Assembly (NCBI GenBank): GCA_963769255.1
Contig: CAVYKV010000003.1
Location: 610,309-674,308, forward strand
DNA: 64,000 bases
DNA from: an uncultured Actinomycetota bacterium
Lineage (GTDB): Bacteria > Actinomycetota > Acidimicrobiia > Acidimicrobiales > Bog-793
Direction: 5' to 3'
Below, one piece after another: positions 9,019 to 19,813 of this stretch. Under the pieces are notes generated by a model, which did no database searches, was not told the DNA's origin, and was given only the letters and a program-made list of their open reading frames with translations. The translations under genes and the position numbers were made by a program. How positions within the stretch are numbered: the first letter of the stretch is position 1; the number at the start of each line of letters is the position of its first letter.

Positions 9019-10171
9019 CACGCTCGCCCTCGTCGGCGGACGCGTCATCACGGGCACGACGGCCGGCGTGATCGAAGGGGCGACGGTCCTCGTCGAAGCC
9101 GGCCGTATCAGCCGAGTCAGCGCCGAAGGCTCCGGCGCCGTCCCGCCGGAGGGAGCCGTCGTCATCGACGTGGCGGGTCACACGGTGCTGCCCGGACTCA
9201 TTGACGCCCATGTCCACCTCACCTCTTCCGACGGCCGTGATCCCGTGCCCGCCATGGGCCACCTCCTCGCCGCCGGTATCACCACCGTCCGCGATCTGGG
9301 GGCGGTCGGCCGCAGCCTCGAGGAGCTCCGGGAGCGAGCCGCACGTGGGGAGGTGGAGACGCCCCGTCTCGTCCTCTGCGGCCAGGTGATCTCCGCCGTC
9401 TGCCCGGGCGCCGTCGCCTTCCCCGGCATGTACCGCGAGGTGACCGGCGCCGACGATGCACGCGTCGCCGTCAACGAGCAGGCGGCCCGGGGCGCCGACG
9501 TCATCAAGGTGATGTCGACGGGGGCCTTGACGGTGGCGGGTGAGGACATCAGGCCGGCCCAGCTCTCCGTCGAGGAGGTCACCGCCATCGTTGAGGAAGG
9601 CCATCGGCTCGGCCTTCCCGTCGCCTCCCACGCCGAGGGGGCGGCGGGCGTGCGCATCTCCGTCGAGGCCGGTGCCGACACCATCGAGCACGGTGAGGAG
9701 AGCTATCTCCTGCCGGACGTCCTCGACGAGATGGCCGCTCGAGGGGTGATCCTCGTCCCGACCCTCTCGGTCTTCGACTACGTCGTCGAGTCGGACGCCT
9801 TCCCGGCCTGGATGCGCGAGCGCGCTCGTGGGCTCGGCGAGCAGGCCCGCCGGAGCGTCGAGGCGGCAAGCCGCCACGGGGTCGGCATCGCCATGGGGGC
9901 CGACGCCCCGCCGCAGGGCGGCAACGCCCAGGAGCTCGTCCGCCTGGCCGATGCCGGGCTCACGGCCGGCGAGGCGATCGCAGCCGCCACGAGCGTGGCG
10001 GCCCGCGCCTGCCGGATCGACGACCTCGTCGGGACGGTCGAGCCGGGCAAGGTGGCGGACCTCCTCGTCGTCGACGGCGACCCGTTGGGCGACGTGCGCC
10101 TGCTCGCCGACCACAGGGCCATCAGCCTCGTCCTGCGGGAGGGCATCGTGGTGACCGCCGACCGGACCTGA
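9011..10171 (+). CDS. Amidohydrolase family protein
   Basis: LPGLIDAHVHL metal-binding motif and the TIEHG, DAP...G pattern. The GTG start overlaps the SDR stop codon. Confidence 0.85.
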   Translation: MADTLALVGGRVITGTTAGVIEGATVLVEAGRISRVSAEGSGAVPPEGAVVIDVAGHTVLPGLIDAHVHLTSSDGRDPVPAMGHLLAAGITTVRDLGAVGRSLEELRERAARGEVETPRLVLCGQVISAVCPGAVAFPGMYREVTGADDARVAVNEQAARGADVIKVMSTGALTVAGEDIRPAQLSVEEVTAIVEEGHRLGLPVASHAEGAAGVRISVEAGADTIEHGEESYLLPDVLDEMAARGVILVPTLSVFDYVVESDAFPAWMRERARGLGEQARRSVEAASRHGVGIAMGADAPPQGGNAQELVRLADAGLTAGEAIAAATSVAARACRIDDLVGTVEPGKVADLLVVDGDPLGDVRLLADHRAISLVLREGIVVTADRT

Positions 10172-10268
10172 ACCCGCGGTCGCCAGGCGCTACACGGACC
10201 CGCTAGCGACAGCTCACCGCCAATTCACCCCAGCACCGCCGCAGGGGCTCCGGTAGCATCCGCCCGCA

Positions 10269-12323
10269 ATGGAGAGCGAACCGACTGTCGTGACCGAGTT
10301 CCCGCACACGGTGCGGGTCGTCCACCACGCCTGGATCCCGATGTCCGACGGCATGCGCCTTGCCGCCAAGCTGTGGATCCCGGAGGACGCCGAGGAGCAC
10401 CCCGTGCCGGCCATCCTCGAGTACATCCCCTACCGCAAGAACGACTGCACGGCCGTGCGCGACAACGCCATGCACGCCTACTTCGCCGGCCACGGCTACG
10501 TGTCGGTACGCGTCGACCTGCGAGGCTCGGGTGACTCCGACGGAATCCTCTACGACGAGTACCTGCCCCTCGAACAGTCCGACGGCGTCGAGGTCATCGC
10601 CTGGCTGGCCGCCCAACCGTTCTGTTCGGGCACCGTCGGCATGATCGGGATCTCCTGGGGCGGTTTCAACGGCCTGCAGGTGGCCTCGCACGCGCCGCCC
10701 GCCCTGAAGGCCGTCGTCAGCGTCTGCTCGACGGACGACCGCTACACCGACGACGTCCACTACATCGGCGGCGTCCTGCACGGTGAGGATCAGCTGGGCT
10801 GGGCCTCGGTCATGCTCGGCTACAACGCCCGGCCGCCCGACCCCGAGGTCGTGGGGGAGAGCTGGCGGGAGCGGTGGTTCGAACGCCTGGAGAAGACGCC
10901 CGCCTACGTGGAGGAGTGGACGCGCCACCAGCGGCGGGACGCCTTCTGGAAGCAGGGCTCCGTCAACGAGAACTACAGCGCCATCAAGAGTGCCGTCTAC
11001 ATGGTGGGGGGTTGGCAGGACGGCTACAAGAACGCCATCCTTCGCTTCCTCGCCGGCTACGGCGGGCCCCGCAAAGGCCTCATCGGGCCCTGGGGCCACC
11101 AGTACCCGAACTTCGGCTCTCCCGGCCCGGCCATCGGCTTCCTGCAAGAGTGCGTCCGATGGTGGGACTGCCACCTGAAGGGCGACGACAACGGGATCAT
11201 GGACGAGCCGCAGCTCCGGGTCTTCCTCCCGGAGGCGATCCGACCGAGCCCGGCCTCACTCCCGCGTACGGGTGTCTGGCTGGCGGAGCCGAGCTGGCCG
11301 AGCCCGAACGTCACGACGCAGTCGTACCGGCCGTCGTCGGACGGGCGACTCCTCGAAGGGGATGAGCCGGCCAAGTCCGGTGCCCGGCTCGTACCGTCCG
11401 TGCAGGCAATCGGCTTCGACTACGGCGTCTGGTGCGGCTACGGCGGCCCCGTCGACAACCCCTCCGAGCAGCGCGGTGAGGACTCGCGTTCGCTCGTGTT
11501 CGATTCGGCGCCGCTCGAGGGCGACGTGCCCATCCTCGGCCGTCCCCGCGCCGTGCTCGAGATCGAGAGCGATCAGCCCCTTGCCCAGGTGGCGGTCCGG
11601 CTCTGCGATCTCTGGCCGGACGGGGCGTCCACGCTGATCACGCGTGGGATGCTCAACCTGGCGCACCGCAGGGGTCACGAGGACCTGGCCCCGCTGCAGC
11701 CGGGCGTGGCGGAGACGGTCGTCGTCGAGCTCGACGCCGTCGGGTACAAGGTGCCGGCGGGGCACCGGGTGAGGATGGCGGTTTCTTCGGCCTACTTCCC
11801 GACGATGTGGCCGGCTCCGCGCCCCGTTGAGCTCACCGTCCATGCAGGTGGCTCGACGTCTCTCGAGCTCCCCGTGCGCCTGAGGCCCGCCGGCGAGGAA
11901 GACCGGGAGCCGGAGCACTTCGCCGCTCCGCAGGCGGCCCCCGAGCTCGCCTACGAAGCGCTCACCCCGCGGGACTCCGTGAGCTTCAACCGGGTGAGCC
12001 GGGACACCGGAACGGGCACGTACGAGCTCGTCACCTCGAGGCGCGACCGGCACGTGCGAATCGAGGAATCCGGCCGCGAGTACGCCGAGAGCGGGCGCGC
12101 CAGCTACCGGATCGTGGAAGGCGACCCCCTCTCGGCCCTCGTGACGTCCGAGCAGAGCCACCTCATCGCTCGGGGCGACTGGCGTACGCGGGTCGAGACG
12201 AAGAGCACCATCTCCGCCACGGAGGACGACTTCCTCCTCTCGAACGAGCTCGACGCCTTCGAGGGGGACGAGCGCGTCTTCTCCAAGGTGTGGCGGGCGC
12301 GCATCCCCCGCGACTACACCTGA
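10269..12323 (+). CDS. CocE/NonD family hydrolase (S15 X-Pro dipeptidyl-peptidase-like), paralog 1
   Basis: YIPYRKND...VDLRGSGDSDG...GISWGG, with a C-terminal beta-sandwich region. Intact at 684 aa. Confidence 0.9.
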   Translation: MESEPTVVTEFPHTVRVVHHAWIPMSDGMRLAAKLWIPEDAEEHPVPAILEYIPYRKNDCTAVRDNAMHAYFAGHGYVSVRVDLRGSGDSDGILYDEYLPLEQSDGVEVIAWLAAQPFCSGTVGMIGISWGGFNGLQVASHAPPALKAVVSVCSTDDRYTDDVHYIGGVLHGEDQLGWASVMLGYNARPPDPEVVGESWRERWFERLEKTPAYVEEWTRHQRRDAFWKQGSVNENYSAIKSAVYMVGGWQDGYKNAILRFLAGYGGPRKGLIGPWGHQYPNFGSPGPAIGFLQECVRWWDCHLKGDDNGIMDEPQLRVFLPEAIRPSPASLPRTGVWLAEPSWPSPNVTTQSYRPSSDGRLLEGDEPAKSGARLVPSVQAIGFDYGVWCGYGGPVDNPSEQRGEDSRSLVFDSAPLEGDVPILGRPRAVLEIESDQPLAQVAVRLCDLWPDGASTLITRGMLNLAHRRGHEDLAPLQPGVAETVVVELDAVGYKVPAGHRVRMAVSSAYFPTMWPAPRPVELTVHAGGSTSLELPVRLRPAGEEDREPEHFAAPQAAPELAYEALTPRDSVSFNRVSRDTGTGTYELVTSRRDRHVRIEESGREYAESGRASYRIVEGDPLSALVTSEQSHLIARGDWRTRVETKSTISATEDDFLLSNELDAFEGDERVFSKVWRARIPRDYT

Positions 12324-12387
12324 ACCGCCGGCCGGGAAGCCCGCCAGACTGACCCGGCGTCCCTGATCCGAGGAGGTGCAGGTCGTC

Positions 12388-13485
12388 ATGCCGAAGGCAG
12401 CGGTCCTCTACGAGTTCGCGTCACCCCTCGTCATCGAGGAGATCGACGTCGACCCGCCCGAGGCGGGCGAGGTCGCCGTCAGGATGGTGGCGAGCGGTGT
12501 CTGCCACTCGGACCTCCACATGCAGCAGGGCATCCACCGCTGCAAGGTGCCGGCCATCATCGGGCACGAGGGCGCCGGCATCGTGGAGGCGGTGGGCGAG
12601 GGAGTGCGCCATCTCGTGCCCGGCGACCACGTCATCATGTCGTGGTTGCCCTATTGCGGCCGGTGCCGTTTCTGCGTGAGCGGCCGGCCGGAGCTGTGCG
12701 ACGACCTCGAGTGGTCGGACGCCGGCACGATGCCCGACGGAGGGGTGCGCTTTTCGGCGGGCGGCCGGCCCATCCTGCACAGCACGACGTCGTCCTTCTC
12801 CGAGTTGACCGTCGTGCCCGCCCAGACGGCCATCAAGGTCGACGAGTCGCTCGACCTCGTCGCCCTCGCTCTCCTCGGCTGCGCCGTCATGACCGGCGTT
12901 GGCGCCGTCCTCAACACCGCCGGGGTCGAGGCGGGCGCCTCCGTCGCCGTCGTCGGTTGCGGCGGTGTCGGCCTGAGCATCGTGCAAGGGGCCCGCATCG
13001 CCGGGGCGACGACCATCGTGGCCGTCGACCCCGTCGAGTCGAAGCGGTCGCTGGCACGGCGCCTGGGCGCCACGCACGGGATCGACCCGGGGGCCGGCGA
13101 CGTCGGCGCCGCCCTGCGGGAGATCGTGCCGACCGGTACCGACTACGCCTTCGAGGCGCTCGGGCGGCCCGAGACGATCGAGACGGCCATCGGGCTCATC
13201 GGAAAGGGCGGCACGGCCGTGCTCGTCGGCATGGCGCCTCCGAGTGCCCGCATCCCCATCGACGCCCTCATGATGACGGTGCAGGAGCGGACCGTGAAGG
13301 GCTCCTGGTACGGCTCCTGCCGCCCGAGCCTCGACTTCCCGCGACTCGTGGATCTCTACCGGACGGGCGCCCTCGACCTCGAGTCCATGGTGTCGGCGCG
13401 CTGTCGCCTCGAGGAGGTGAACGACGCCTTCGCCGCCATGGAGCGGGGAGAGGTGGCGCGCACCGTCATCGACTATCGGCTCTGA
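12388..13485 (+). CDS. Zn-dependent alcohol dehydrogenase
   Basis: GVCHSDLH, GHEGAGIV, CGRCRFC (structural Zn) and the GCGGVG NAD motif. ATG at 12388 lies 11 nt after AGGAGG. Confidence 0.9.
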   Translation: MPKAAVLYEFASPLVIEEIDVDPPEAGEVAVRMVASGVCHSDLHMQQGIHRCKVPAIIGHEGAGIVEAVGEGVRHLVPGDHVIMSWLPYCGRCRFCVSGRPELCDDLEWSDAGTMPDGGVRFSAGGRPILHSTTSSFSELTVVPAQTAIKVDESLDLVALALLGCAVMTGVGAVLNTAGVEAGASVAVVGCGGVGLSIVQGARIAGATTIVAVDPVESKRSLARRLGATHGIDPGAGDVGAALREIVPTGTDYAFEALGRPETIETAIGLIGKGGTAVLVGMAPPSARIPIDALMMTVQERTVKGSWYGSCRPSLDFPRLVDLYRTGALDLESMVSARCRLEEVNDAFAAMERGEVARTVIDYRL

Positions 13486-13537
13486 GCGAGATCGCCGGCT
13501 CCCGGGCGAGATGTCACCCGAGACGTCGCCCGGTTCA

Positions 13538-14573
13538 TCAGACCGCCGGCGCCTCCGCCACCTCTTTCCAGCGGATGCAGGCGACGGAGCGCTCCTCCGA
13601 CACGGTCTCGAGCGCCGGGTCGGTCGAGCGGCACTCGTCGACGGCGAAGGGGCAGCGTGGGTGGAAGTGGCAGCCGGACGGCGGGTTTCTCGGGCTCGGG
13701 ATCTCGCCTGTGACGACAGCGGTCCGCTTGCCGCGGCGGTCCATCTCCGGGATGGCTGCGATGAGGGCACGCGTGTAGGGGTGGAGGGGCGAGTCGTAGA
13801 TCTGTTCGGCCGGCCCTGTTTCGACGACGCGGCCGAGGTACATGACGGCGATGCGGTCGGCGAGGTAGCCCACGACGTTGAGGGCGTGCGTGATGATGAG
13901 GTAGGCGGTGCCGTAGTCCGAGCGCAGGGACTGCAGCAGGTTGAGGATGGCGCTGGCGGCGGAGACATCGAGGCCGGCCGTCGGCTCGTCCGCAACGATG
14001 AGGCGGGGCCGTAGCGCCAGCGCCCGGGCGATCCCGACGCGCCGTGCCTGGCCGCCGGAGAGCTCGTGCGGGTAGTAGTCGGCGAGCCGCTTCGGCAGCT
14101 CGACCATCTCGAGGAGGTCGCTCGACCGTGTACCGCTGGTCCGCCGGGATCTCGTGGATCGTGTAGGGCTCCATGAGGAGCTTGGACACCCGCATGCGGG
14201 GGCTCAAGCTCGAGTGCGGATCCTGGAAGATCATCACGGCGTCACGGCGGAACCGCTGCATGTCGGCCCGGTCGAACCGCGTCACGTCGTGGCCGCGAAA
14301 GATGATCTGGCCGCTCGTCACCTTCGTGAGCCGCAGCGTGGCGAGAGCGAGCGTCGTCTTGCCGGAGCCCGACTCGCCCACGACGCCGACGACCTCGCTC
14401 TCTCCCATCTCGAGGTCGACGCCGTCGACGGCGCGCAGCGGGTGGTCCCTGCCGAGGGCCCTCAGGAGCCAGCTGTCACTGGCGAAGACGACGCGCAGAT
14501 CCTCGACGCGCAGGAGCTCGCTACGCCGGCCGTCGGCGGTCGGCTCGGCGAGCACCGGGGCCGCATCCGTCAT
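13538..14573 (-). pseudogene. Dpp/Opp-type peptide ABC transporter ATPase (DppF-like), frame-disrupted near 14108-14135
   Basis: The N-terminal part (GESGSGKTT, IFQDPHSSL) is in one frame. The C-terminal part (LSGGQARR, LIVADEPT, HPYT) is in the +1 frame from 14107 down. ATGA coupling to the upstream ATPase gene occurs at 14570-14573. Confidence 0.8.
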
Positions 14574-15631
14574 GGCGTCGCCTCCGGCTCGTTCACGCCG
14601 CTCTGGGAATGGCGCCCGGCAGAGGCCGGGTCTCGCATGTGGCAGCGCACCGCCTCGCTCGTGAGGCTGGCGACGAGCCGCGGTTCCTCGTCCCGGCAGA
14701 CCGCTTCGGTGTAACGGCATCGGGAGGCAAAACGGCACCCCTTCAGCTCCCCCGTCAGCGACGGCACCTGGCCGGGGATGCTGGCGAGCGGGCGGCCGCG
14801 GTTCGACCTCGTCGGGACCGCCTGCAGGAGCGCCTCGGTGTAGGGGTGCTGCGGGTTGGCGAAGACGTCGGTGACCCGACCCTGCTCGACGATCTGGCCG
14901 GCGTACATGACGACGACGCGGTCGCAGATCTCGGCCACGACGCTGAGGTCGTGCGTCACGAAGAGAATGGTGAGGTCCCGGCCCGCCTTGATCTGCCGCA
15001 GCAGCGCCAGGATCTGAGCCTCCGTCGTGACGTCGAGCGCCGAGGTGGGTTCGTCGGCGATGAGCAGCTCCGGGTCGAGCGAGAGCGCCATGGCGATGAC
15101 GACGCGCTGCCGCATGCCGCCCGACAGCTGGTGCGGGTAGCTGCGGACCACCTGCTCGGGGTCGGGCAGGCCGACCTGACCGAGAAGCGAGATGGCACGG
15201 GCGAGGAATTGCTTGCGCTCCTGCCGGCTCGGGCGTCGGCCGGCGTGCGCCAGCTGCACGTCCACCATCTGGCTGCCGATGCGAAACGTCGGGTTGAGCG
15301 AGGTGAGGGGGTCCTGGAAAATCATGGCGATCTTGTCGCCCCGCATCTTCCGCAGCTCCTCGGTGGAGAGCCCGGCAAGGTCCCTCGACCCCTCGAGAAG
15401 GATCTTCCCGCCCACGATGCGTCCGTTGGCCGGCAGCAGCCGCAGGATCGTGAGGGCGAGCGTGCTCTTCCCGGAGCCGGACTCGCCCACCACGCCGACC
15501 ACCTCTCCCCGGCCGACGGCGAGGTCGACACCGGGCAGCACCTTCAAGACGGTGCCGCGGCTGCGGTACTCGACGGACAGGTCCTCGATCTGCAGGACGA
15601 GGTCGTCGGCCGCCGTGGTCATGCCCGCCAT
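14570..15631 (-). CDS. Dpp/Opp-type peptide ABC transporter ATPase (DppD-like)
   Basis: [29 protein letters not shown] and the C-terminal oligopeptide-type CRFASRC region. Intact. Confidence 0.9.
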   Translation of the reverse strand: MAGMTTAADDLVLQIEDLSVEYRSRGTVLKVLPGVDLAVGRGEVVGVVGESGSGKSTLALTILRLLPANGRIVGGKILLEGSRDLAGLSTEELRKMRGDKIAMIFQDPLTSLNPTFRIGSQMVDVQLAHAGRRPSRQERKQFLARAISLLGQVGLPDPEQVVRSYPHQLSGGMRQRVVIAMALSLDPELLIADEPTSALDVTTEAQILALLRQIKAGRDLTILFVTHDLSVVAEICDRVVVMYAGQIVEQGRVTDVFANPQHPYTEALLQAVPTRSNRGRPLASIPGQVPSLTGELKGCRFASRCRYTEAVCRDEEPRLVASLTSEAVRCHMRDPASAGRHSQSGVNEPEATP

Positions 15632-16557
15632 CTCGAGACGCCCCTGAGGCGCGGGTCGAGGACATCGCGGAGCGCCTCGCCGAAGGTGAGGAAGCCGATC
15701 GTGGCGATGCCGAGCATGAGCGAAGCGAAGAGCACGGCCCAGGGCGCCTGGAAGATCGAGCTGAAGCCGTCGGAGAGGATGGACCCCCAGGACGGGTTCG
15801 GCGGAGGCACGCCGAGGCCGAGGAAGGAGAGCCCGGCTTCGGTCGTGATGGCGCTCGGTGTGTCCATGGCGAGGAGGATGAAGAGGGGCGCCACGATGTT
15901 GGGCAGGACGTGGCGGGCCATGATGCGGAGCCGGCCGGCTCCGAGGGCGCGTTCAGCGAGGATGTACTGGTTCTGTTTCACCGAGAGGACGAGTGCCCGG
16001 CTCGTGCGGGCGTAGTTGGGGCAGAAGGCGACGGCGATGACGATGACGAGGTTGCGCAGCGACGAGCCGAGCACCGTGAGGAGGGCGAGGGCGAGCACGA
16101 TGGCCGGGAACGACTGGAACGTGTCGGTGATGAGGACGACGACGTTGTCGACGAGGCCTCCGAGGTAACCGCCGAGCATCCCGAGCAGGAGGCCGACGCC
16201 GAGGGCGATGGCGATGGCCGGGACTGCCACCTGCAGCTCGATCCTCGTGCCGTAGATGAGCCGGGAGAGGATGTCGCGGCCGAGCTGGTCGGTGCCGAGC
16301 AGATGGTGGAGCGTGGGGCCCTGCAGGGGAGCGTTGACGTCGATGGCGCTGAACGAATAGGGGGCGAGCTCGGGTCCGAAGATGGCGAGGACAATGAGGC
16401 CGAGGACGATGACGGTGCCGATGAGGCCGCCCGGCGTCGTGAGGATGGAGCCGACCGTGCCCCGCGCACGCCGTCGCCTCGTCGGGGAAGGCCCGAGGAG
16501 GTCAGGCTCCAGCAGGCTTCCGGGGTCACCGGGGCGGGCGGCACTGAGCAGCGTCAT
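15619..16557 (-). CDS. Peptide ABC transporter permease (DppC-like)
   Basis: Six-TM BPD-type permease with LGTDQLGRDILSRLIYG and the EAA-like loop YILAERALGAGRLRIMARHVLPN. Confidence 0.9.
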   Translation of the reverse strand: MTLLSAARPGDPGSLLEPDLLGPSPTRRRRARGTVGSILTTPGGLIGTVIVLGLIVLAIFGPELAPYSFSAIDVNAPLQGPTLHHLLGTDQLGRDILSRLIYGTRIELQVAVPAIAIALGVGLLLGMLGGYLGGLVDNVVVLITDTFQSFPAIVLALALLTVLGSSLRNLVIVIAVAFCPNYARTSRALVLSVKQNQYILAERALGAGRLRIMARHVLPNIVAPLFILLAMDTPSAITTEAGLSFLGLGVPPPNPSWGSILSDGFSSIFQAPWAVLFASLMLGIATIGFLTFGEALRDVLDPRLRGVSRWRA

Positions 16558-16567
16558 AGTCGCCCTC

Positions 16568-17528
16568 TCACGTCACTGACCTCTGTCCGAGCTGGATGCG
16601 GCTGTCGAGCAGGCGGTAGCTGATGTCGGCGAGAAGGTTGGCGACGATCACCATGAGGGCGATGATGAGGGCGGTGCCCTGCACGATGGGGAAGTTCCGG
16701 GAGGCGATGGCGTTGTAGGCGAGCAGCCCGAGCCCGGGACGGTCGAAGATCACCTCGATGAAGATGGCCCCGCCGAGGAGGTTGCCGAGGCCGACGCCGA
16801 GCACGGCGACGACGGGGGCGGCGGCGTTCTTGAGGGCGTACTTGTAGAAGACCTTGGTGCGGCGGATGCCGAAGGCCTGGGCCGTGCGGACGTAGTTGGC
16901 CGTCAACACCTCGAGCATGTTGGAGCGCACGAGACGGGCGATGTACCCGATCCAGCCGAGTGCGAGGGCCACGGCGGGGAGCACGAGGTGGTCCAGCTCG
17001 TCGAGGGGCTGGCCGGGAGTCCCGGCACCGATGACGGGGAGGATGTGGAAGTGCACGGCGAACAGGAGGATGAGGAGCAGGCCGACGACGAAGGGGGGCG
17101 CCGTGATGACCGAGATGGAGATGATGCCGATCGCCCGGTCGAGGATGCTGCCCGGCTTCGTGGCGGCGATGACGCCGAGGGGGAGGCCCACGACGACGGC
17201 GAGACCGAGCCCGCTGAGGGCGAGGATGACGGTGTAGGGGAGGTTCTGCATGACGAGGCTCGCCACCGTCTGGTCCGTGACGAAGTCGATGCCGAGGTTG
17301 CCGTGCAGCGGCATGCCAGATGTACTGGTAGATCTGCACGGGAACCGAGACGTTGAGCCCCATCTCCTGGCGCACCTGCTTGATGAGGGCGGCATTGGCG
17401 TGCGGACCGAAGATGAAGGTCACGGGGTTGCCGGGGATGAGCCGGTCGAGGATGGCGAGGAAGGCCATCACGATGATGATGACGATGAGGGCCGTCACCA
17501 GTCGGCGGATGAGGTAGCGGATCAGCAT
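16568..17528 (-). pseudogene. Peptide ABC transporter permease (DppB-like), frame-disrupted near 17305-17320
   Basis: The N-terminus MLIRYLIRRLVTALIVIIIVMAF...VPVQIYQYIWH is in one frame. It continues as (A)LHGNLGIDFVTDQTV... in the +1 frame. Deleting one base gives IWHALHGNLG, which fits the family consensus. Confidence 0.8.
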
Positions 17529-17768
17529 CGGCCGATTCCCCGGGCCGACTCGGTGCTGACGGTCGTCTCATCACGTCGGCAAGCTCCGGCGACAGCCACT
17601 CTCCCCCTCCAACCGCCAGGTCCTGCGATGAACAGGCTGTGCCGGGTGTCCCGAGCTACCTGGGACGAGCCGAAGCTACCACCGCTCCCGGGACGGCCGC
17701 TCGCGAGGGGCACCGCCGGTCGCGGCTGTGCTGGCCTGCTGTGCAGGCTGGTGTGTCGGAGGCCCAGC

Positions 17769-19806
17769 TCAGACGAGATCACGGGGGACAGCCCGGCGCC
17801 ACGACTTGGCGAAGATACGTCGGTCCCCCTCGTAACCCTCCACGAGGTTGGTGAGGAGGAACTCCTCCGCCGATGCCGACATGGTGCTGTAGGTGTGCAC
17901 CCGCGTCTGCCACTCCCCCCGGGAGATGGAGATCTCGTGCTCGGCGCTGTTGAAGGCCGAGAGGGGGTCGCCCTCGACGATCCGGTGCAGGTTGAGGGCG
18001 TTCGAGTCGTACACGATGCCGGCGTCGATCAGGTTCATGTGGTGCTGGCCGGTCAGCACGATGTCCAGGCGTCCCGTGGCGGCGTCCCGCAGGAGGGTGC
18101 GACCGCCGTCCTCGTCGCCACTTACCTCGTGAGGCGGCGACGGGGCTTCCTCCGGCTCGGCGAAGTGTGATGGGGGCTCGTGGGCTCCCGGGCCTCCCGT
18201 CCACACGGGGACGTCGAGGCTCGAGCGGCCCGTGAAGAGGCTGAGGTTCACCGCCACGGGTGACGGCCACGCCCATGGCCAGTAGGTGGGCGACACGGCC
18301 AGGCGCAGGCGGTGGCCGGCGGGGACCGAGTAGCCGATCGAGTTGAGCTGCACGCGCGACGAGGTAGCGCTCGCCGACGGCGAGTGGCTCAGGGTTCTCG
18401 TCGCTGTCGCGATGGGTGAGGTTGAGCAGGCCGCGGGTGATGAGATGCGACGTCCCGTCCGGCCAGATGTCGTTCAGCCGGGCGACGACCAGGGCGAGGG
18501 GTTGATCGCTCGCCACCTCGAGATGGGCGATGGGGAAGCCGAGGATCTCGACGGTCTCGGCCAGCGGCTCGGTGTCGAAGCAGAGCGACTGGCCGTCCTC
18601 CGGCCGTTGGTCGGCAGGGTTGTCGACCGGTCCCCCGTGGCCGCCCCAGGTGCCGGCGTCGGCGGCAGGCGCCTGCGCCCCCTTGATCGTGAGCTGCCGG
18701 TCGGCGGGCTGCGTCCCGTCCTCCCCGACGAGTGTCCCGTCGCCGGCGAGCCGGAGCGTGCGGACGACGACCTCCGGAGAGGGCCACGACTCGGTGGCGA
18801 GCCAGCGTCCCGGCCAGTAGGAGCGGCCGGGGTCGGGCATGACCGAGTCGGCCATGTAGACGCGCAGCTTCGGCTCGTCCATGATGCCGTTGTCGACGCC
18901 CTTCAAGTGGCAGTCCCACCAGCGGACGGCCTCCTGGAGAAACCCGATCGCCGGCCCCGGCGCCCCACTCTCGGGGTAGACGTGGGCCCAGGGGCCGATC
19001 AAACCCTTGCTCGGCCCCGCGTAGCCCTCGAGGAACCGCAGAATGGCGTTGCGGTAGGCGTCCGTCCACCCCCCCACCATGTAGACGGGGACCTTGATGG
19101 CCGAGTAGTCCTCGCACACGGAGCCCTGTTTCCAGAAGTCGTCCCGGCGTTGGTGCTCCACCCAGGCTTCCAGGAAGGGCGGTGTGCGCTCCATGCGGTC
19201 GAGCCAGATCTCCCGCCAGGCCTCCCCCACGACGGTGGGGTCGGGCGGGCGGGCGTCGTAGGCGAGCATGACGGATGCCCACTGCAGCATGTTGGAGGCC
19301 AAGAGGCAGCCGCCCATGTAGTGGACGTCGTCGGCGTAGCGGTCGTCGGTGGAGGCGACGCTGATGACGGCGCCGAGCTCGTCGGGAGCGAGGGCGGCGA
19401 TCTGCAGCCCGTTGAAACCGCCCCACGACTTGCCGATGATCCCGACCTTGCCCGTGCACCAGGGCTGGCTGGCGAGCCAGCGGACCACCTCGACACCGTC
19501 GGTCTGCTCGAGGGGCAGGTACTCGTCCTCGAGGATGCCGTCAGAGTCACCCGATCCGCGGATGTCGACGCGAACGGAGGCGTAGCCGCAGCCGGCGAAG
19601 TACCCGTGGATGGGGGCGTCGCGCAGCGCCAGGTTGTCGTTCTTCCGGTACGGCACATACTCCATGACGGCAGGCACCGGGCTCTCGGCGGCGTCCTCCG
19701 GCAGCCAGATGCGGGCCGAGAGGCGGCAGCCGTCCGATATGGGGATCCAGACGTGTTCAATGAGCTCGACACGGCGGTCGAACTCCGTCCTGACCGGAGT
19801 GCTCAT
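17769..19806 (-). pseudogene. CocE/NonD family hydrolase, paralog 2, frame-disrupted at 18351-18362
   Basis: The first 480 aa are homologous to paralogs 1 and 3. After ...PLAVGERYLVA the homologous continuation VQLNSIGYSVPAGHRLRLAV is in the +1 frame, with an extra base in a GCGCG context. The start lies 7 nt after the SBP stop. Confidence 0.85.
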
Positions 19807-19813
19807 GGCGTGC

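Noticed and set aside
13486-13537. Possible bidirectional terminator between the convergent ADH and dppF-like genes.
   Set aside because: I could only draw short, imperfect stems (CCGG-based), and there is no U-tract. This is not convincing enough to report.
13473-15665. 730-aa minus-strand ORF spanning two ABC ATPase genes.
   Set aside because: Only the segment from about 14130 to 14573 (the DppF-like N-terminus) reads as real protein. The rest is out-of-frame read-through of the dppD-like gene and of the DppF C-terminus.
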